Origin: Callorhinchus milii
Taxonomy: Eukaryota
Length of the DNA: 64,000 nt
Direction of reading: 5' to 3'
Assembly (NCBI RefSeq): GCF_018977255.1
Contig: NW_024704742.1
Coordinates: forward strand, 32,552,001-32,616,000
The notes beneath the pieces were generated by a model, which ran no database searches, was not told the origin of the DNA, and saw only the letters and a program-made list of their open reading frames with translations. The position numbers were made by a program, and so were the translations under genes. Positions 62,011-64,000 of the stretch are shown piece by piece. Numbering within the stretch: position 1 is the first letter of the stretch; each line of letters begins with the position of its first letter.

Positions 62011-64000
62011 CTTGTATTATTATATCATTATTATCATTATTGCGAGTCTTATGCCAGACAGTAGATTGTCCAGCATTAAGGAGAGAATATATTTAGAATA
62101 AAGAAACTCTCAACTAGCGCTATTTTCTTTCTCTAGAGTCAGATCATCCATAAATCACTTGTTATACAGAGGACATTAACTGATCATAGGTGTTGGATGA
62201 AAGCTGATGGTATTTCGTGCAGGAAATGAGTTCATGGAAAGCTGTTAAACAAGTAGGAAAGAAGCAGAAAAAAAGCCCCCAAGTTCTTGTCCAAAACTGT
62301 AGGTTGCAGTTGAGTGCAACCAAAATGGCAATTGAAGGAAAGAAAGGTTATTCAAACATAAACTCAATTCACTGAGCATTGAGGAAGGATATTTTATTGG
62401 GACTCTAAAACAGCAATCAGTCACACGTAGTGGTATATTACCATCATGTTGCGTAAACACTTTACTATGTAAAAATGACTTTGTATTGCTTTTCATGTCA
62501 TAATTTTTTGTGTAAATAAATATTTTTTGTGTTGATCTCTGATTGCTGCTTTATACATCCATCACTACCAAGAGATTGATTGCATGGGCCCAAGGTCCAC
62601 AGACCTAATACTATGGAGCTGACAAGAAAGGCAACTGTCAATCAACCCTTGGGGAGACAGCTCTGGAAGGGCAGTGTGGAAAGAGAGCAGCACTGTGAAT
62701 CTTGCGGCAAAAGAGGTTCCATCTCTTCCAAGATCACTTGTGAGCCTGTAACAGGTGAAGACAGAACCCTAAAACACATACTATAATGCTGGTGATCACC
62801 AACATCCCAAGAATCAACCTTTATTACATTATCCAAGACTCTATCCCATATGAAAAGCGCTATATAAATGCAGTTGTTGTTGTACTTTAAGCACAGTAGG
62901 TTACAAAGCGGTTCACATAAGATAATTTTGAAAGTATGAGAAGTATTTTGTTAGTATAAACTTTGTTTACTTTTTTAAATATATGTAGCAAATTTGCCAT
63001 GGGAATTTTGACTGTTTTTCTTTGGCAAGTCTGAGACAAAACAACTCAAGGGATGGCATTTATACAACCGTGATAATTATTGTCAACTAACCATTTTACT
63101 TAATATTGGAAACCAGTGATGCACAACAGAGCATCAAGTGTCCCTTCACTTCACACGGCTGCACTTGGCTCTTGAACATAATTCAAGCTGTCTTTGTGAT
63201 CGAGGAGAAACAGTACAATTCCAAAACACAGATAATGTTTCATGGGGCAGGCCAAGAATCTCTTCCATTTACTTACTTCACAGTGTGCCAAGTATTCTCC
63301 AGGGACTCATTCAAGGTGTAATAAACTGACCCGGCGCTTAAAAATTAACTGGTGCTGCCACAAAGCTCGACCGTCAAGATGTTCAGCCTTCATCTTTTAA
63401 TGAAACTTTTTTTTAAACCCCTGCAAATCGTGATGTCTGTCTTTGACTAAGTGTCCAGCTCCGTATCTGAACCAACCTCTCAGTCAGTATCACAAGAAAG
63501 GTTTGGTTGAAGAAGCCCCTTTGGTCTATTTGATCTCATCCTTCCAGAATACCCACCCCACTGCCCTCCCATCACAGTATGAACCTGTCTTATTGCTCTG
63601 GGTTTAATTCTTCAATCCCATTTATAATCTTGTACAACACTATATGGAACAAGCATTAGAGATTGGGAAACGTGACAGAAATGTCAGAAGCATGGGAAGG
63701 ATAATGGGAGAGAATGAAAATGCCGGGGTATAAAAGATAAGAATGGCGAAAATAGATGACAATGCAGGAAGAGAGAATAGACCCAGATACATATACCAGA
63801 AAATTGGAGGGGCAAAAGTGGTCACGACACAGAATAAAGGAGCAGACAGTATGACAATAAAAAGTTATGTGGCAGCTAATCTGTGATAACAACATCCTAT
63901 GTATAATAATGAATGGGCAGCCCATTGATTTGAATTTCTAGGGAAGATTTGGATGATGAGGGACTAAACCCAAGATAAACAGAAGGAAAAAAACACACTT

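Larger units (their letters stand above)
27119..64000 (-). other. GSTCD: Large GSTCD intron (>36 kb, extends beyond the window)
   Basis: The exon at 27118 needs an upstream phase-1 donor (exon encoding roughly EKGIE...SPKEG). No such exon was recognised by eye up to 64000. Confidence 0.7.

Overview
Repeat-rich vertebrate genomic DNA; the SINE, L2, CR1 and Penelope-type repeats point to a cartilaginous fish, possibly a chimaera (inference). Two genes lie on the minus strand in the same order as human GSTCD-NPNT. The last seven coding exons of GSTCD (27118 to 11782) encode the C-terminal SAM-dependent methyltransferase-like region, with GT-AG junctions and consistent phases. Coding exon 1 of nephronectin (NPNT, 1491-1391) lies below its promoter/5'UTR region. 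Positions 27119-64000 appear to be one long GSTCD intron, as no upstream GSTCD exon was recognised. Most other listed ORFs are repeat-derived or spurious. I cannot demonstrate a wholly new multi-gene system. The most interesting signals are: (1) a 226-bp palindromic Penelope-type insertion with a 10-bp TSD and a minimal hammerhead ribozyme core in GSTCD sense orientation; (2) a perfect 67-bp inverted repeat; (3) inverted CR1 copies bracketing two GSTCD exons (circRNA candidate); (4) a templated copy of a GSTCD splice donor that creates a possible 18-nt microexon; (5) an apparent SINE 3' transduction splitting an L2; (6) a 60-bp target-site-like duplication; and (7) a chimeric tRNA/CORE-like/Deu/L2-tail SINE with mosaic 3' stem-loops. 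Repeat boundaries were read by eye and are approximate.
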